From NCBI RefSeq assembly GCF_009914755.1, contig NC_060947.1: DNA of 64,000 nt; one strand, written 5' to 3'. Shown here in pieces: positions 61,339-64,000 of this stretch. The notes below the pieces were generated by a model, which saw only the letters and a program-made list of their open reading frames with translations, did not search any database and was not told where the DNA came from. Each line of letters begins with the position of its first letter. Position 1 is the first letter of the stretch. The stretch comes from the human T2T-CHM13v2.0 reference genome, Homo sapiens. The position numbers and the translations under genes were made by a program.

Positions 61339-61524
61339 CGTACCCACATCCACAGGGCATTTTTTAGTAAAAAAAAAAAAAGGGGGGGACTTAAGAGAGC
61401 TTTTGTTTATTTGCCCAATCTCCTGCATTGAGAAACACTGGAAACACGCAGTCCCACGTCATCCTTAGTGGAGGATATATTTCTTTTGTGACAGAAATAA
61501 GGAATTTTATGTCTGTACACGTGC

Positions 61525-61765
61525 TTTTTTCTAAGGATATTGCTCTGTTGCCAAGGCTGGAGGGCAGTAGTATGACCATACCTTTCTATGCAGCCTCCAA
61601 CTCCTGGGCTCAAACAATCCTCATGCTGCAGTCTCCCAAGTGGGTGGTACTACAGGTGTGGACACACCTGGGCAATTGATTCATTTATTTTTAGAGAGTG
61701 GTCTCACTATGTTGTCAATGCCAGTCTCAAATTCCTGGGCTCAAGCGATCCTCCCACCTTGGCCA
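61525..61765 (-). mobile_element. Decayed AluJ
   Basis: ttgctctgttgccaaggctggag...tcctgggctcaagcgatcctcccaccttggcc. Confidence 0.8.
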
Positions 61766-62084
61766 ATTTTTATACATGGTTTGATTAATGACTTTTTTCT
61801 GTGGTTCTGAGTTTTCTGCCATGCTTCCAGTAATGTAACAATAAAAGATCTTACAGGACAATAGTCCTACTGCATTTTATTTATTATTATTATTATTATA
61901 CTTTAAGTTTTAAGGTACATCAGACTAACAATTATTACACGTCAGATTTTATGTCACCATTATGCTCAAATGACACATTGACCAAGACATAAAATGAAAG
62001 ATTCTGAGATTTTGATATTTTTAACAAATCAACTTGAGAAATATACAATCATGGAATATCAGGAAAATTCTCCCCTTGAAGCTC

Positions 62085-62592
62085 ATGCAGGATAGGTGAG
62101 CCCCAAAGTTGGAGCTTATTCCAGGAGAGTTCTTGGCTTTGCCTTGGAGAGAATTTAAGCATGAGCTGGTGGTGTTAGACAGCAATACTTTTACTGAACA
62201 ATATGGCTCCTTTCTGAACAGGGCTAACCCACAGGCAGTGAGCCAGCAGGCAGCAACCTATGGGCTCTTGACAACTGTATTTATATTCATTTACACTCAC
62301 TTTCAGTTCCATGTAAAGGGGTGGGTTAATGCAAATTGAAGGGTGAGTTATTTAGAACTGTCTAGTAATGCAGGGAGGCAGAGGAGGGTGAATTTCTGGT
62401 TCATTGCCATGGCAGTTGTAAACTGTCATGGCGCTGGTGGGAGTATCATGTGCTAGTGAGCAATGAGGGCAGCTAAAGATTGTGATCATCTCTATCTGTG
62501 GGTTCATGTGGGTTCCTTCACCCTCTCCTGTGGGGACCATGATTTAAGTCCTGTCAGGACCTGGAATTAAATCCTGTGTGTCTTCTACTTCA
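62085..62592 (-). mobile_element. ERV1 solo LTR (MER66-like)
   Basis: caggataggtgagccccaaagttggagctta...ttcttggctttgcc terminus; ...tcttctacttca end. Confidence 0.65.
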
Positions 62593-64000
62593 AAACTACA
62601 AGAGAATGCAGGATTTTCTTTCTCATTAAAATCAGGTATCCCTTTAATCATTCCAAGCATATTTTTTATTGCATGCAGCCATTCAAAGTTTGCTTTTTCA
62701 CAAATGCTTAGCCTAAATCTTCTATTCAGCTTCAGTTTCAGCTTAGGATGTTTAGGAAGACCAAGTAGCCAAATTCTATGCCAACAAGATTTCTGGCATC
62801 CCTATACTACTTTGTGATCCTGCTAATTCTTATGTGACCATCATATCTAACCAATAACACATCATCAGTACTATAAACAAGCCATAACATTTGGAGTCAT
62901 GGTTATCATGTGAACTTTCTCCTTCAATAATAGGTAATATTTTTAGATGTAACTTTGAATAAAAATCTATTTTTATGATTAATATATTGATATCCTGCTA
63001 GTCAGTGAAGGTACAAATGTATATTAATCATTGATAGAGTAATAATCTGCCATAATTAATGATAATTGTAAAAACTCCTAATATTATGTGTAGAAACAAA
63101 GAATAGTCTTTCAGATGAGTAGTTAGGAAATAGATTGAGAGTTCAATAAAAAGAGAGCATACGTAAGTTAGAAAATATCTGGAAGAATGTTATATTCTTC
63201 TTGATTAGACCCATGTTTATATAAATGTATGCATTATAACATAAATATGTATTTACATTGATACAAATTCTTGGTAAACATAGTGAAAAACATTCATTTA
63301 TATCATGTTTTTAATGTTGCTTGTTGAAAAATTACAAAACACAGAAAATCATAAACAAAAATCTCAGCAATGGGAGATTTATAAAAGTGCCCATTTAACT
63401 GCAGCATTATTAAGAATATCCATGGGTATTCCTTGTTTATTCAAAAATAAGTGTTTTCTAACTTGATGGAGAAAGTTTCAATTCAAATGTTGCTTTATTT
63501 TTCATTCTGAAATTACTAGAAAGTGCATAAGTGTTTCTATATCTTTATAGTTTGAACTGTTTTGGTGCTAATTTTTCATTTTATTCTTATATTTATTTAT
63601 CATGTTATATCCATACTGTTTTAAATTTTTTCATCTCAAAAGTTTTTGTGTGTACCAAGAATATTAACTCTGTCACGTTATATAAAGAATAATTTTTCTG
63701 TTGATATATTGTTTCAAAATTGTTGATGCCTTTCATTATTTTTTCTTCTTTAAAAATGTTTACTTAACAACTAATAATTACACATATTCATGGGGAACAG
63801 TGTGATAATTTGATATATGTATACAATTTAAGATATGGGTGAGTTATAAAAGGGACTGGATAGATGTGCAACAAATTATTTACCTCACATTGTGAAATCG
63901 TGGCTGTTAGTTTTTATTCTGCTAGTCCACATTTTATAATTTTCTATAAAAAGCATCTACTACTTTTTAATCAGAAAAGAAATATTTTACATCAAGAAAA

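Overview
Primate (human or great-ape) genomic DNA matching the FOXR2 locus on Xp11.21; the locus assignment comes from recognising the protein, not from a database search. The only intact gene is the intronless forkhead retrogene FOXR2 (46887-47822, +). Facing it tail-to-tail is a multi-exon XAGE/GAGE-family cancer-testis pseudogene (~56206-59500, -; XAGE-4-like) with a lost ATG and two nonsense codons. Most of the rest is retroelement-derived: nested L1s including a full-length antisense L1PA8, about 12 Alus, MaLR/ERV1 LTRs, a Tigger3a, a Y3 RNA pseudogene and a HERV-L/MLT2A provirus with a GGCAC target-site duplication. The most unusual structure lies in that provirus. The small TA tract of its 3' LTR has grown into a ~4.2 kb multi-domain array that switches orientation and holds two tail-less, TSD-less DNA pieces: a 1.38 kb open L1 RT segment and an inverted 159 bp copy of the provirus's own dUTPase region. 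Also noted are a degenerate ~50 bp periodic repeat with a CpG cluster ~30 kb upstream of FOXR2, candidate 5' non-coding exons and two retrocopy-like fragments. I see no convincing new gene system; nearly all listed ORFs are repeat artefacts. Repeat subfamily names are recalled from consensus sequences and boundaries of old repeats are approximate.
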